The notes beneath the pieces are model-generated. The model did not search any database and was not told the origin of the DNA. It saw only the letters and a list, made by a program, of their open reading frames with translations. Shown piece by piece: positions 1 to 9,394 of a stretch of 64,000 bases of DNA; the first letter of the stretch is position 1, and each line of letters opens with the position of its first letter. This DNA is from an uncultured bacterium (lineage in GTDB: Bacteria > Bacillota > Clostridia > Oscillospirales > CAG-272): NCBI GenBank assembly GCA_945920215.1, contig CAMEJM010000009.1, positions 332 to 64,331 of the forward strand, in the 5' to 3' direction. A program made the translations under genes and the position numbers.

Positions 1-858
1 ATACCGGTTTTCTTCCGAGCACTTGGCGACCAGCTTCACGGCGACATTGCTGGAACCGTAGCCCGAGACGCCTTTGTAGAACGGACCTTCCACAATCGCG
101 GGGATAGATGCCTTGAAGTCCTCGAGATGGTCTTTTAAGAGCTTCTCGACAAATTCAAGCGGCACATCGTAGGGGAATTCACAATCCACCACGGCGAGCG
201 AGAGTTCTCTCGAAAGGTTGACGACGTTCTTGATATCGGAGTTGTTGATGATTTTGATATTGCCCGCCATGTCGAGAATCTTGGTTGCGCGGATGCCGAT
301 CTCGGACACCGTACCGCGGAAGTCGTCAATTGAGACGATTTCTCCGACGCTGTATTCGTCCTCAAAGATAATGAACACGCCTGCGATGATATCGGCGATG
401 AGTGATTGTGCGCCGAGACCGATAATCAGCGTGATGACCCCGACCGATTCCCAAATTGCCGCGGTATTGACACCGAACGCTTGGAGCACGAGGAAGATCA
501 GCGCGAGCGCGGCGCCGTATTTAATAATCCCGTCCAACAGGGTGATGACCGTCTTGGCGCGGTTGCTCTTCTGCATCATCTTCTTGAAAACCAAACGCAG
601 AAGCTTGCTGACCGCGTAAATGACGACAATCAGAATGAGGCAGTGAATGACCGTTTTCTGATGCGCCCGCCATGCTGTGGGGAGGGTGGTGACATCCCAG
701 ACGTTCTCTTTTGACCATACGGCAAAAGCGGTCTCGGGCGCGGCGAGTTCGAGGATCACTCCGAGGAGCACGCCGGCGGCGAAGAGAGAGAAGAGTACAA
801 TCATCACAATGGAGAGTACTTTTCTAACGGGTACTTTTTTGGTTTTGTTTTCGGACAT
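1..858 (-). CDS. small-conductance mechanosensitive channel (MscS family); 3' end lies outside the window
   Basis: Absent from the ORF track because it runs off the edge. My minus-strand translation from the ATG at 858 gives MSENKTKKVPVRKVLSIVMIV..., TM helices, then GLGAQSLIADIIAGVFIIFEDEYSVGEIVSIDDFRGTVSEIGIRATKI, the MscS pore-helix/beta-domain signature. Confidence 0.8.
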   Translation of the reverse strand, partial: MSENKTKKVPVRKVLSIVMIVLFSLFAAGVLLGVILELAAPETAFAVWSKENVWDVTTLPTAWRAHQKTVIHCLILIVVIYAVSKLLRLVFKKMMQKSNRAKTVITLLDGIIKYGAALALIFLVLQAFGVNTAAIWESVGVITLIIGLGAQSLIADIIAGVFIIFEDEYSVGEIVSIDDFRGTVSEIGIRATKILDMAGNIKIINNSDIKNVVNLSRELSLAVVDCEFPYDVPLEFVEKLLKDHLEDFKASIPAIVEGPFYKGVSGYGSSNVAVKLVAKCSEENRY

Positions 859-876
859 TGTTGTTGCCTCCGTATT

Positions 877-3786
877 TTATGCAAATTCTACCGTGATAGT
901 CGTTGCGCGGTACCTGCTGCCCTTTAGGGCAATCTCGGTGCTGTACGCATTGTAATTTGTGTCGTAATCGGTAAAGAAGATGACTACCTCCGAGATGGTT
1001 TCCTCCCCGTCTATTATGAGGGTCGGCTCGGTATCGTCTGTACCTGTATAGGTGGTGTAGGTGTATTCCGTGCCGTCACACAGAATCTTGTCGTCGATCT
1101 TGCCATAGTCGGACACGGTAATTTGGACCGTCGTCGAGCCGCCCGACTGGGATACTTTCGCCGTCCCGGGGTTTTCCGAGATCGTCACGCCGCCCGATGG
1201 CAAGTCCGTGTTCATGACATAGTCGACGCCCTCGTACGCGAACATCATGTAGTAGCGGAAATAGTAGTCCTGCAAGGGGAGATTTTCGAGAACGGCATAG
1301 GTGTCCCGCCCGATGCAGTCGTAGGCGCCGGTGTAAACGGTTCTGCCATCGGCATCGGTTTCGAAACCGTTGTAAATGAACGCGTTATAGTAGATACGGC
1401 TGTCGTCGCTGGAGAAGCCGATTTTGCGGTAGAGATTGATGGTGCCGTCGTCGTTATAGGTCACGACAGCGTCTCCCGGATTGACACAGAACATATACGG
1501 GGGGATGTAATTGGTGGACGCGTCCGTCTGAGAGATGGTATAGGTCGACGCCGCGCCGAACGGGTTGCCCTCCTTGTCTACCGCCTGAACGGTCAGGGTA
1601 GAACCGGTATTCCACGGAACCTCGTCGAAATAGTATTCATCCATCGGTTCGATGAGGAGGTCGATTCCGTTTACGGTATCTTTGATAGAGATGGAATAGT
1701 TTGACGGAATCTGATAATCAAACTTCATCACAACAGGGATCGTTGACGCACCCTGTGAGATATCGGCGCTAACGCTCGTCACCGAGAAACGGTAGTCCAT
1801 CGCGTACGCGCTCGCCCCCGTGCCGAGGGTATGCGTCGCACCGTCCGATTGGTTGTCTCTAAACGAGAGGGTTGCCGTCACCGAGACATTCCCGGGCGCG
1901 CCCGTGAGGTTGTCCAGAATCACGACGCCGCTCGCTTCGATGCCGTCGATCTGTTTGACGGAGGTCGTGATACCGTCGCCGGTATCCATCTCCATGGACA
2001 GCATCAAAGACGCATTCGCGTGGTCATAGACCATGTCACAGGTGTAGGAGAGGGTGAAATACTGCCCGTTGAACCCGTAATCGGAAGATAGTTGAACGCG
2101 CGGGACGCAGAACGGAACCCCCTCTTCGATATGCGTGGCATATTCCACTTCGCGGTTCGGGAAGGAGCCGCAGTCGTAGTACGCGAAGCGCAGGGTATCG
2201 AGCCCCGTCCAGTCGTCAATATCAATGGTCGCTTCACCCTGTCCCGCGTATTCTCCAAAGACCGCACCGGCGCTGTTGGTGACTTGTAACTTGTAGTAAT
2301 ACGTGCCCCCGACATCGGTTGTAAATTCGGGGCGTACCGATACCGTGATATGGTCTGCGTGGTACGCGACAGTCGCGTTTTGCGGCAGGACCCTCGTATA
2401 GGAGCCGAGGAACTCCTGCGTGGCGGTGTAGGACTTCACGGTGCTTGTGTAGACGGGCACCTTCTCGTGCGCGTCACTCAGGGTGTAGAGTATGTACTCA
2501 TAGGTCGCAACCCCGTAGTAGGTGCTGCCCTCGACGGTATAGGTCATTGCCTCGGGGTCTATCGAGAGGGTCGCCTCGTGTGACGCGCAGAGCGGGTTGC
2601 CCATGGCGTCGTATTGATTGAAGTAAGCGCCAAAGGCGGTGTCGGGGTCATACGCGGTCAGCGTGCCGCTGACCGAAATCCGATCGGGCATATTGACGAG
2701 GGTTTCCGCGCTCTCATCGACCGCAAGGAGGGGCGCTTCCGCCCGATCCCAATCCGCGGGATAGGTGAGGGGGATCTCTCGGGAGAACAACACGTTTGCC
2801 TCTTGTCCGTCGGGTGTTTCGGTCTCCCCGACGAGATAGAGATACAGGGTGTCGGCAGTGATGCCCGGAACCGTGCCGCGGAAGAATCCTCTTTCGTCCG
2901 GCGCGTCGCTTTCGTATACCACATTCTCAATATGGCGGAGGTCGGTTTGTTCCGCCGTGCAGAGATAGAGCGTGGGACAGCTGTATTTGTGTTCGTAATC
3001 CGAGAGGTAAACGGAGTAGTTGACCGTGGCGGTTTCGGTGACGTCGTCGAAGAAGATCGCATTGTTGAGTTCGTCGTAGACCCCTCGTGCGTCGCTTGTC
3101 TGCGGCGTCGTGACGGTGTCCGAATAGACGGTGGAACTGCTCCCGAGCGATGGATTCTTGCAGATGAGATTGTACGAATAAGAGGTGTTCGGTGTGAGCC
3201 CTGTGACCAAATAAGTGTGTGTCCCGTCTCGCAGTCGGATGGTTTCGGTCCCGGCTTCGGTTGTGACTTCCAAGAGAAAGTCGTCCGCGGTGAGACCGAA
3301 AAACGAATCGTCGGCTTTGAGCACTTCGCCCATGTCGACCGTCAGGGCGAAGAAGTCCATCCCCGTGTCAAGTCCGAGGAATGCCCCCAGTCCCGCGAGA
3401 ATGCCGGCAGAGGCGACCACAAAGACAATGATCGCCGCCACGGCTATGGTGGAAGCCCCGGCAGCCCCTGCGGCGCTCGCGGCGCCGGCGTGTGCCGCCG
3501 AACTCGCGGCGGAGGTGGATGCCGCCGGTGTCGGGGTCGGAGAGGTTTGCGATTGGGTGAGTTTCTCGTATTGCCGCTTAAGGTTTTCCGTGTCGGTTTT
3601 TGCGGTGCTCTCGTTTTTCTTCGCCTGTTCGTCTTGCCCGCGATATGCCTCCGGGATCGGGATGACTTCGACAGGAGACTTCGCCGTTTCGGATGCGTAG
3701 TACTCTTCCGCGGAAAACTGTTTGTATTCGGAGAATGTGTTTTCTTGCTTCGCGTGGTAGAATTCGCCTGTGTCCACGGTCTTCAT
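877..3786 (-). CDS. large membrane-anchored surface protein with repeated Ig/FN3-like modules (function unknown)
   Basis: 969-aa ORF. It has a charged N-terminus, a Pro/Thr/Ser/Ala low-complexity linker, one TM (IAVAAIIVFVVASAGILAGLGAFLG), then about 830 aa of beta-rich sequence with an FN3-like motif (YLVTGLTPNTSYSYNL). It ends 18 nt upstream of the mscS start. Confidence 0.7.
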   Translation of the reverse strand: MKTVDTGEFYHAKQENTFSEYKQFSAEEYYASETAKSPVEVIPIPEAYRGQDEQAKKNESTAKTDTENLKRQYEKLTQSQTSPTPTPAASTSAASSAAHAGAASAAGAAGASTIAVAAIIVFVVASAGILAGLGAFLGLDTGMDFFALTVDMGEVLKADDSFFGLTADDFLLEVTTEAGTETIRLRDGTHTYLVTGLTPNTSYSYNLICKNPSLGSSSTVYSDTVTTPQTSDARGVYDELNNAIFFDDVTETATVNYSVYLSDYEHKYSCPTLYLCTAEQTDLRHIENVVYESDAPDERGFFRGTVPGITADTLYLYLVGETETPDGQEANVLFSREIPLTYPADWDRAEAPLLAVDESAETLVNMPDRISVSGTLTAYDPDTAFGAYFNQYDAMGNPLCASHEATLSIDPEAMTYTVEGSTYYGVATYEYILYTLSDAHEKVPVYTSTVKSYTATQEFLGSYTRVLPQNATVAYHADHITVSVRPEFTTDVGGTYYYKLQVTNSAGAVFGEYAGQGEATIDIDDWTGLDTLRFAYYDCGSFPNREVEYATHIEEGVPFCVPRVQLSSDYGFNGQYFTLSYTCDMVYDHANASLMLSMEMDTGDGITTSVKQIDGIEASGVVILDNLTGAPGNVSVTATLSFRDNQSDGATHTLGTGASAYAMDYRFSVTSVSADISQGASTIPVVMKFDYQIPSNYSISIKDTVNGIDLLIEPMDEYYFDEVPWNTGSTLTVQAVDKEGNPFGAASTYTISQTDASTNYIPPYMFCVNPGDAVVTYNDDGTINLYRKIGFSSDDSRIYYNAFIYNGFETDADGRTVYTGAYDCIGRDTYAVLENLPLQDYYFRYYMMFAYEGVDYVMNTDLPSGGVTISENPGTAKVSQSGGSTTVQITVSDYGKIDDKILCDGTEYTYTTYTGTDDTEPTLIIDGEETISEVVIFFTDYDTNYNAYSTEIALKGSRYRATTITVEFA

Positions 3787-3970
3787 CCCGGTTTCGCCTC
3801 CTGTTCTGTTTACTCATTCACTTATTATACAAGAAACGACAAAAAATTACAATATTTTTATGTTTATTCAAAAAAGAAAAGCCCCGACCGGCACCGAGGC
3901 GGTGTCAGTCGGGGGGGCGGGGTGTGATAGGATCATGGATTTTGACGGTTGACGTGCGCCTCGCCTCGGC

Positions 3971-4852
3971 TTACAGTGTGCGAGGGCGCGCCTCCGCACC
4001 GTCATATCCGTAGAGGATGCGGCGCGTGATTTGCAGCGTCTGCTGCGGCGGGACGGTCAGTATCCCGTCCTTTTCGGAGAGGTCGAGCGTCTCCCCTGCC
4101 GTGTCGGGCAGTGTTTGCCAAGGCTCAATGCAGAGCATCCGAGACCCCTCGGGGTGCCACAGCACCAGCTTCTCCGTGTCGGGGAAAGCGAGGCGCGCTA
4201 CCTGCTCCCCGGTCGTCTTGTGCCGGAGCGCCACCGCGCGCGAGCGCAGGTGATCGAGGCAGATGGACCCGCCCCCGTCGAGCAGGGGTGTGGCAAGGTC
4301 GAGCACCCGCCCCTCACCGAGCGGCACCGTCTCCCCTGTGAGATGCCCGTCCCCGTCCGTAAGATAATCGTCGAGGTTCTCCACCTTTTCAAAGCAGAGC
4401 GCGTATGCCCCGACGGCATCCTCCAGAGCAAAGGAATCGTGCCCGCCGCAGGAGGCGTACAGCACCTCCGCGCCGGTGTTCTCGATCTCATAGGTCACGG
4501 TGAGTGTCCGCCCGTGCAGCGTGTAGATTACGTCGAAGCGGAAAGAAAACGGGTATGCTTTTTTTGTTTCATCATCAGAGAGGAGCCGAAAACGAACGCT
4601 CCGCTCGGTTTGCGCGGCAACGGTGAAGCGCGCTGCCCGTGCAATTCCGTGAAAGGGGCAGGGATAGACCCGTCCGCCCAGCCGCACGGCAGTCGCGCCG
4701 CAGACGGGATAGAGGATCGGGGCGTGTCCCGCCCAGCTCCCGTTCTCGTTCTGCCACAGGCGTTCCCGCCCGTCGCATTGCACGCTTTGGAGCTCTGCCC
4801 CTTGTGCCGACGCCGTGACCGTCAGATATGCGTTGCGTATGGTTACCTGCAT
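3971..4852 (-). CDS. aldose 1-epimerase (galactose mutarotase-like) family protein
   Basis: 293 aa. It shows a mutarotase-like pattern: ...GAELQSV...RERLWQNENGSWAGHAPILYPVCG...PFHGIAR...FRFDVIYTL.... Confidence 0.7.
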   Translation of the reverse strand: MQVTIRNAYLTVTASAQGAELQSVQCDGRERLWQNENGSWAGHAPILYPVCGATAVRLGGRVYPCPFHGIARAARFTVAAQTERSVRFRLLSDDETKKAYPFSFRFDVIYTLHGRTLTVTYEIENTGAEVLYASCGGHDSFALEDAVGAYALCFEKVENLDDYLTDGDGHLTGETVPLGEGRVLDLATPLLDGGGSICLDHLRSRAVALRHKTTGEQVARLAFPDTEKLVLWHPEGSRMLCIEPWQTLPDTAGETLDLSEKDGILTVPPQQTLQITRRILYGYDGAEARPRTL

Positions 4853-4894
4853 CCGTCTTTCCTCCCATGCGCGTGTCGATTCTTTTTGTGCCTT

Positions 4895-6013
4895 TCAGAC
4901 TTTTTTAGGGGCCGTCTGACCGATCGCCGCCGCGAGCATACGGTCATAGACCGCGAGCATCTCGTCCACAAGCTTGAACTGCGTGTGTGCCCGATCAAGA
5001 TTCTGTCTTGCTCGGGTCGTGCGGAAGTAGTGGTCCCCCTCGAGGTAGTCGGTCAGGAACCGCATCCCGCACTCATAGGTCATGAGGATTGCCCCCATGG
5101 GAAGATATTTCTTCTCCTCCTCCGTGATCCCGTCGCCCACAGCGGAGAGATACCCCGCGAGGTAGGTCTCATAGAGATCAAAGCGGAAGTGTACGCGCGC
5201 CGGATCCGGCTCGTCCTCCGCCGCGGAGTTGCAGCCGAAGCGGATGCTGTCACCGAAGTCGTAGCAGAGAGAGCCGGGCATGACGGTATCGAGGTCGATG
5301 ACGGCGATCCCGCGCCCCGTCGCGTTGTCCAGCATGACGTTGTTCAGCTTGGTATCGTTGTGGGTCACGCGCAAGGGAATCTCCCCGCGCTCAATCTTGT
5401 CGACGATCTTGCCGCAGAGGGATTTATGCTCCTTGACCCATGTGATTTCGCCCGATACCTCGCGTGCCCGCTCGCAGACGTCTGTTTCGACTGCGCGCAG
5501 GAAATTCGCGTAGCGCACCTTGGTGTTGTGGAAGTCCGGCAGGACCTCGTAAAGCTGTGAGGCGTCGAAATCCGCCAGCAAAGCCGCGAAGCGGCCGAAA
5601 GCCACCGCGCTTTCGTAGAAATCCCGCGGGTCGCGCACCGCTTGATAGGTAGTGGCTCCCTCAATGAACACGTAGATACGGAAGTAGTCCGTGCCGTCAA
5701 AATAGTAGCTTTCACCCGCTGTCGTCGGGATCATCTGTAAGCACTCGCGCATCGGGTCGCCGCCTGCGGCGATCACGCTCTGACGGCAGAACGCCGTCAC
5801 AAGCTCAATGTTGTGCATGAGCTGCCCGACGTCGCGGAACAGGCGGTGATTGATGCGTTGCAAGATGTAGGCGGTCTCGCCTCTCCCTGTCCGCATCGTG
5901 AGCCGGAAGGTGTCGTTGATGTGCCCCGCGCCGTAGCGGATGCAGGAAACGTACGTCCCCTCTAAGGCAAAATGCGTTACGAGTTCGTTGAAAAATGCGT
6001 CGGTTTCTTTCAT
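4895..6013 (-). CDS. nahK: N-acetylhexosamine 1-kinase (APH-fold sugar kinase)
   Basis: 372 aa. Close motif match to Bifidobacterium NahK/LnpB as I remember it: HFALEG...YG.GHIN.T...IPLRVTHNDTKLNNVMLD...AVIDLDTVMPGS..YDFGDSIRFG...ECGMRFLTDYLEGD.YF. Confidence 0.8.
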   Translation of the reverse strand: MKETDAFFNELVTHFALEGTYVSCIRYGAGHINDTFRLTMRTGRGETAYILQRINHRLFRDVGQLMHNIELVTAFCRQSVIAAGGDPMRECLQMIPTTAGESYYFDGTDYFRIYVFIEGATTYQAVRDPRDFYESAVAFGRFAALLADFDASQLYEVLPDFHNTKVRYANFLRAVETDVCERAREVSGEITWVKEHKSLCGKIVDKIERGEIPLRVTHNDTKLNNVMLDNATGRGIAVIDLDTVMPGSLCYDFGDSIRFGCNSAAEDEPDPARVHFRFDLYETYLAGYLSAVGDGITEEEKKYLPMGAILMTYECGMRFLTDYLEGDHYFRTTRARQNLDRAHTQFKLVDEMLAVYDRMLAAAIGQTAPKKV

Positions 6014-6100
6014 GTCAGTCCTCCCCGGTGCTCTTGTCGGCGCCGTATGTTTTTGTGGGTTGCCCGCCCATGATGGCGCAAAAATGAGGGCACACGCTGT

Positions 6101-6937
6101 TTACGCTTCGACTTCCAAGCCGTCATAGCCGACGAGGAAGCCGTACTTCGCCGCTTCTTCGCTCAGTTCTTCGTGATCGTGACCGTGTAATTCATTATGC
6201 GAAAAATGCGTCACAATGAATGTTGTCTGATCGTCCGCAAGACCTTCTTTGAGAAGGCGATCTTTCATCAGCACATCGGTACGAAGGCTCATGTGACCAT
6301 GGTCCCAGCCCGTAGGAGCATACGTGCCCGTACAATCAAGCGACACAATATCGAAGCGTCCCAAACGCTTCATCTCATCGATCACCTGATTTGTGAACAT
6401 ACCGGTATCATGCGCATACAAAATGCGCTTTTTCTCTTTGTCTTCCACCGCATAAATCACGGGTGTGGATTCGGGACCGTGGTCTGCACGCAGGACAAGC
6501 ACTCTGTTTTCTCCAAGCTGCAACAGATCGCCGGGTTTCACTTCCGTTATACGCGCGCGGGAACTGTCGGCAGCGGGAGACGAGAAAACTTCTTTCATTT
6601 TGTCGTACGCCGATCTTGCCCCGTAAAAATCAATCTGCGAAACATTGTGCGAGTAGTGCGGCTCGGCAAACATGATCAGATCTTCCGGATACAAATGATC
6701 GGAATGGCTGTGCGTGATCAGGCAATACTTGATCTTCGTCCAATCGAATCGGTATGTTTGGTAATGCGCCACGGTGTCGGCGTTGAAGTCAAACAGGATC
6801 TCTTCGTTCAAAAGCGCCTGTGCGCGCGTGCGCAGATTCTTTCCGCCGAGAAGCATCGCCCTTTTACAAGATTCGCATTGACAGAACAGCGCGGGAATGC
6901 CCTCGTATGCCGCTGTCCCAAAATACTTCATTTTCAT
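6101..6937 (-). CDS. MBL-fold metallo-hydrolase
   Basis: Contains the HxHxDH motif (ITHSHSDHLY) and N-terminal Cys pairs (CQCESC) as in PhnP-like MBL enzymes. I chose the MKMKYFG start at 6937. The ORF extends to 7006. Confidence 0.75.
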   Translation of the reverse strand: MKMKYFGTAAYEGIPALFCQCESCKRAMLLGGKNLRTRAQALLNEEILFDFNADTVAHYQTYRFDWTKIKYCLITHSHSDHLYPEDLIMFAEPHYSHNVSQIDFYGARSAYDKMKEVFSSPAADSSRARITEVKPGDLLQLGENRVLVLRADHGPESTPVIYAVEDKEKKRILYAHDTGMFTNQVIDEMKRLGRFDIVSLDCTGTYAPTGWDHGHMSLRTDVLMKDRLLKEGLADDQTTFIVTHFSHNELHGHDHEELSEEAAKYGFLVGYDGLEVEA

Positions 6938-7077
6938 AATTCTCTTCAACCTTTCTCTGACTGTTGGTGACGGTGTTTTTCCAAAGGGTGATTTTCTCGC
7001 AAACATACAGGATGAAAAGCGTTTGATACAACCTATATGCCCGACCGGATGGGAGCGAGAAAAGCAAATGATGAGCC

Positions 7078-7674
7078 TTATATTTCCATATCGTCGATCA
7101 AATGCTGCTGCGCCAGCGAACGCAGAAGAGCAATCTCATTTCGCACGCTCCGCTCGAGGCGTGCGTCTGTGCGCCATCCGAGGCATTGTTCCGCCGTGTG
7201 CTCGGTATAGCCGAACACCTGTATATAGTGAGGTAAAAACAGTTTTGCGAGCGCAAGACTGCGGCGCATATGAAACGGCTCCGTGATGACGGCGACGCTT
7301 TTCACGTCGGTCACATTCCCACGGGCATAGATCGCTCCGAACGAGCAAATCATATTTCCCACGGTATCCCTTGCGTGCGGCTCGTCCACCACGGCGTCGG
7401 CGGGGACACCCAGTGCGAGCAGCCTCTGCCGCATGACCGCGCATTCTGTTTGGGTCGGATCGGATACGGCGGCGCCGGATGCCACGATCCGTGCCGTACC
7501 GCCGCGCAAATAGTACGACGCCGCGATCTCCGCACGAACACACGCATAAGTCGGCTCCGTGCCAAGCAAAAACGCATAGTCGGCGTGCCGCAGGACTTCG
7601 TTGCTCTCGTCAAATAAAAGCGCCTTGATCTGCGCATCCGTCAATTGCTCAAAATAGGCTTCCGATATACGCAT
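7078..7674 (-). CDS. YdcF/ElyC (DUF218) family protein
   Basis: 198 aa. DUF218 pattern: GGTARIVASG...ECAVMRQRLLALGVPADAVVDEPHARDTVGN. Confidence 0.7.
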   Translation of the reverse strand: MRISEAYFEQLTDAQIKALLFDESNEVLRHADYAFLLGTEPTYACVRAEIAASYYLRGGTARIVASGAAVSDPTQTECAVMRQRLLALGVPADAVVDEPHARDTVGNMICSFGAIYARGNVTDVKSVAVITEPFHMRRSLALAKLFLPHYIQVFGYTEHTAEQCLGWRTDARLERSVRNEIALLRSLAQQHLIDDMEI

Positions 7675-8037
7675 AGTTTACTCCTTGCTCTGTTGTTTTC
7701 CGATATTATTTACACGTCCGGTTGGGATAAAACCACTCTCCCTGTTTGGGGAAGCGCAGACAGGCGGATTTCTGAAAACAGCAGTTGCCTGTCCCACAGA
7801 GGTCCACGCACTTTCCGCCTGTTGCACGCTTTCCAAGTGACGCGGCTTGCAATCAAGAGGGGGGCCTTTTGACGGCCGTTTCACTGCCGCGACATTGCAG
7901 AGCGCCGTTTTTCTTTCTATATTATAACTTCATTCCAAGCAAATAGCAAGAGATTTCTGAACATACCGTTAAACATCCGTGCCGCATCACTTTCCTCTTG
8001 ACGCGGCTATGGCTGTGCCCCGCCGGGCAAGCCTGCA

Positions 8038-8066
8038 TTGACAAAGCGTATGACGCGTGCTATCCT
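8038..8066 (+). promoter_or_regulatory. possible sigma-A promoter (TTGACA-N17-TATCCT)
   Basis: TTGACA at 8038-8043 and TATCCT at 8061-8066. The -10 is weak. It overlaps the annotated ORF start, which argues for a downstream translation start. Confidence 0.35.
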
Positions 8067-8154
8067 TATGGTAGGCGGAGAGGGAGGAGAACGGCTTTCG
8101 GCGGTTTTCCTTTCCGTCGCGCCGATTTTGTACTGTTCGGGAGATATTGGACGA

Positions 8155-8913
8155 ATGAAAGCGGTTCATACGGTCATTTCATGGTGCTTTTTGCTTTATT
8201 TTGTCATTCTGTTTGCGGAACGGGCGCAAAGCCTGATCCGTATCTGTCTTGCCTCGGAGACGCGCCTTTTGGGCACGGCGTTTGACGCATTTGTCAATAT
8301 CACGACCATTCTTTCGCTCGGTGCCTCGGTCGTTCTGCTCGCCTGCCTGAACGGCGGGTTCTGGAAGTCTTTGTTCCATTCGGGCGCGCAGGTGAACGAA
8401 TCCGTGCTTTGCATCACCGCCGGGGTCATTCTAATCGCCGGTATGATGCACACCGAATATACCGTTGCGCCGATTCAGTTTGCCGCTTACGGGATGCTGA
8501 TTCTCGCCATGGTTCTGAAAACGGTCTCCGTGCAGAGCACCGTTGCGCACCCCGCGTTGCTTTGGCTGTCGCTGGTCTATCTGACCGCGCTTTCCATGGC
8601 GATTCCCGTGATGTATCGCTCTCAGATCACCTATGCCGCCTTGTTCCACGTGATCGAGGCTGTTGCCGCCTTGGTGCTGGTGGCTGCGTTCACCTTCCTT
8701 TTGCGCCGGGTATTCCTCGGTCAGGGCGAGAATCTCTTTCTCTGGCTCCCGATCCTTCTTGCCGCCGTGCTTGACGGCGTGCTTCTTGCCCTGCGCTGGC
8801 AGGAAAAGGTCAACACCTTTGTCCTGATCTTTCTGATTGCCGCCTGCGTTCTGTTCGCCGTCGGAAAGACCTTTGCCGCCGTGCTGGCAAGACAGACGGG
8901 AACGCAGATCTAA
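8155..8913 (+). CDS. polytopic membrane protein (unknown function)
   Basis: About 7 hydrophobic helices. I chose the start at MKAVHTVISW, which has GGGAGA 10 nt upstream. The ORF track start (8038) coincides with the -35 box. Confidence 0.55.
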   Translation: MKAVHTVISWCFLLYFVILFAERAQSLIRICLASETRLLGTAFDAFVNITTILSLGASVVLLACLNGGFWKSLFHSGAQVNESVLCITAGVILIAGMMHTEYTVAPIQFAAYGMLILAMVLKTVSVQSTVAHPALLWLSLVYLTALSMAIPVMYRSQITYAALFHVIEAVAALVLVAAFTFLLRRVFLGQGENLFLWLPILLAAVLDGVLLALRWQEKVNTFVLIFLIAACVLFAVGKTFAAVLARQTGTQI

Positions 8914-8932
8914 CACAATCAAACCCAAAAAA

Positions 8933-8962
8933 GAGGGGGATTCCGTGCCCCTCTCTTTTTTT
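8933..8962 (+). terminator. rho-independent terminator
   Basis: GAGGGG (8933-8938) pairs with CCCCTC (8948-8953) and is followed by TCTTTTTTT. Confidence 0.7.
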
Positions 8963-9101
8963 GCTCGGACGCTCAAACTCCGCCCCCGGAGAAGCCGCAA
9001 GCGCCTTTTCCGCTATGCGGCACGCGGGCAAAGCCGCGCGCATTTTATGAAGAACAGAAAAGAAAATTGTCCCCTATGACGCTGCATTTCAAAAATGCCA
9101 C

Positions 9102-9130
9102 TTGAATATACAATTGTAATGTGATAGAAT
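9102..9130 (+). promoter_or_regulatory. strong sigma-A promoter of the RHH-SPFH-TIR operon
   Basis: TTGAAT (9102-9107), 17-nt spacer, TAGAAT (9125-9130), in a locally AT-rich patch. A second TAGAAT copy lies 5 nt downstream (TAGAATACTATTAGAAT), giving a direct repeat that could be an RHH operator. Confidence 0.7.
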
Positions 9131-9194
9131 ACTATTAGAATCTAAAACACAAAAAGAGTTTCAAAGAATCAATCACTATGAAGCGAGGTATGTG

Positions 9195-9380
9195 ATGGAC
9201 GGAAAAAAACTGACCATTGTCTCCCGAAAGTACAGGGGAGATTCCGTGGTAATCTCATCGCGGCTGGCAAGCGATCTGCTGAAAAAAATCGACGCCATTG
9301 CCGAGCAAACCGGCAGAACGCGGAATGAAATCATCCAGATCAGCCTGGAATATGCTGTGGACAACATGGAAATCAAGTAA
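9195..9380 (+). CDS. ribbon-helix-helix (CopG/Arc-type) DNA-binding protein
   Basis: 61 aa. A beta-strand segment (VVISSRL) is followed by two helices (ASDLLKKIDAIAEQTGRTRNEIIQISLEYAV). GAGG lies 7 nt upstream of the ATG at 9195. Confidence 0.7.
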   Translation: MDGKKLTIVSRKYRGDSVVISSRLASDLLKKIDAIAEQTGRTRNEIIQISLEYAVDNMEIK

Positions 9381-9394
9381 TACGGAGGGGCAGT

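Noticed and set aside
4031-5560. Very long ORFs antisense to confident genes. Examples: 4031-5560(+), 9176-10681(-), 17116-18588(-), 23666-25678(+), 27005-28459(+), 34681-36045(-), 39131-40366(-), 40538-41719(-), 41738-42871(-), 51716-54187(-), 55591-57516(-), 57263-58480(-).
   Set aside because: These are typical shadow ORFs of GC-rich DNA. Their translations are Arg/Gly/Ala/His-rich with no motifs and no RBS. The opposite strand encodes proteins with unmistakable family signatures (NahK, SPFH, GalT, PNPase, RimO, TerL, capsid, AdhE, HydS, PP2C).
7675-8037. Possible riboswitch or structured RNA in the 360-nt region upstream of the DUF218 gene.
   Set aside because: The region has some hairpin potential, but I could not match it to any riboswitch consensus (TPP, SAM, FMN, cobalamin, c-di-GMP, ZTP, guanidine, glycine). 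The small ORFs there (7645-7872, 7678-7884) lack RBSs.
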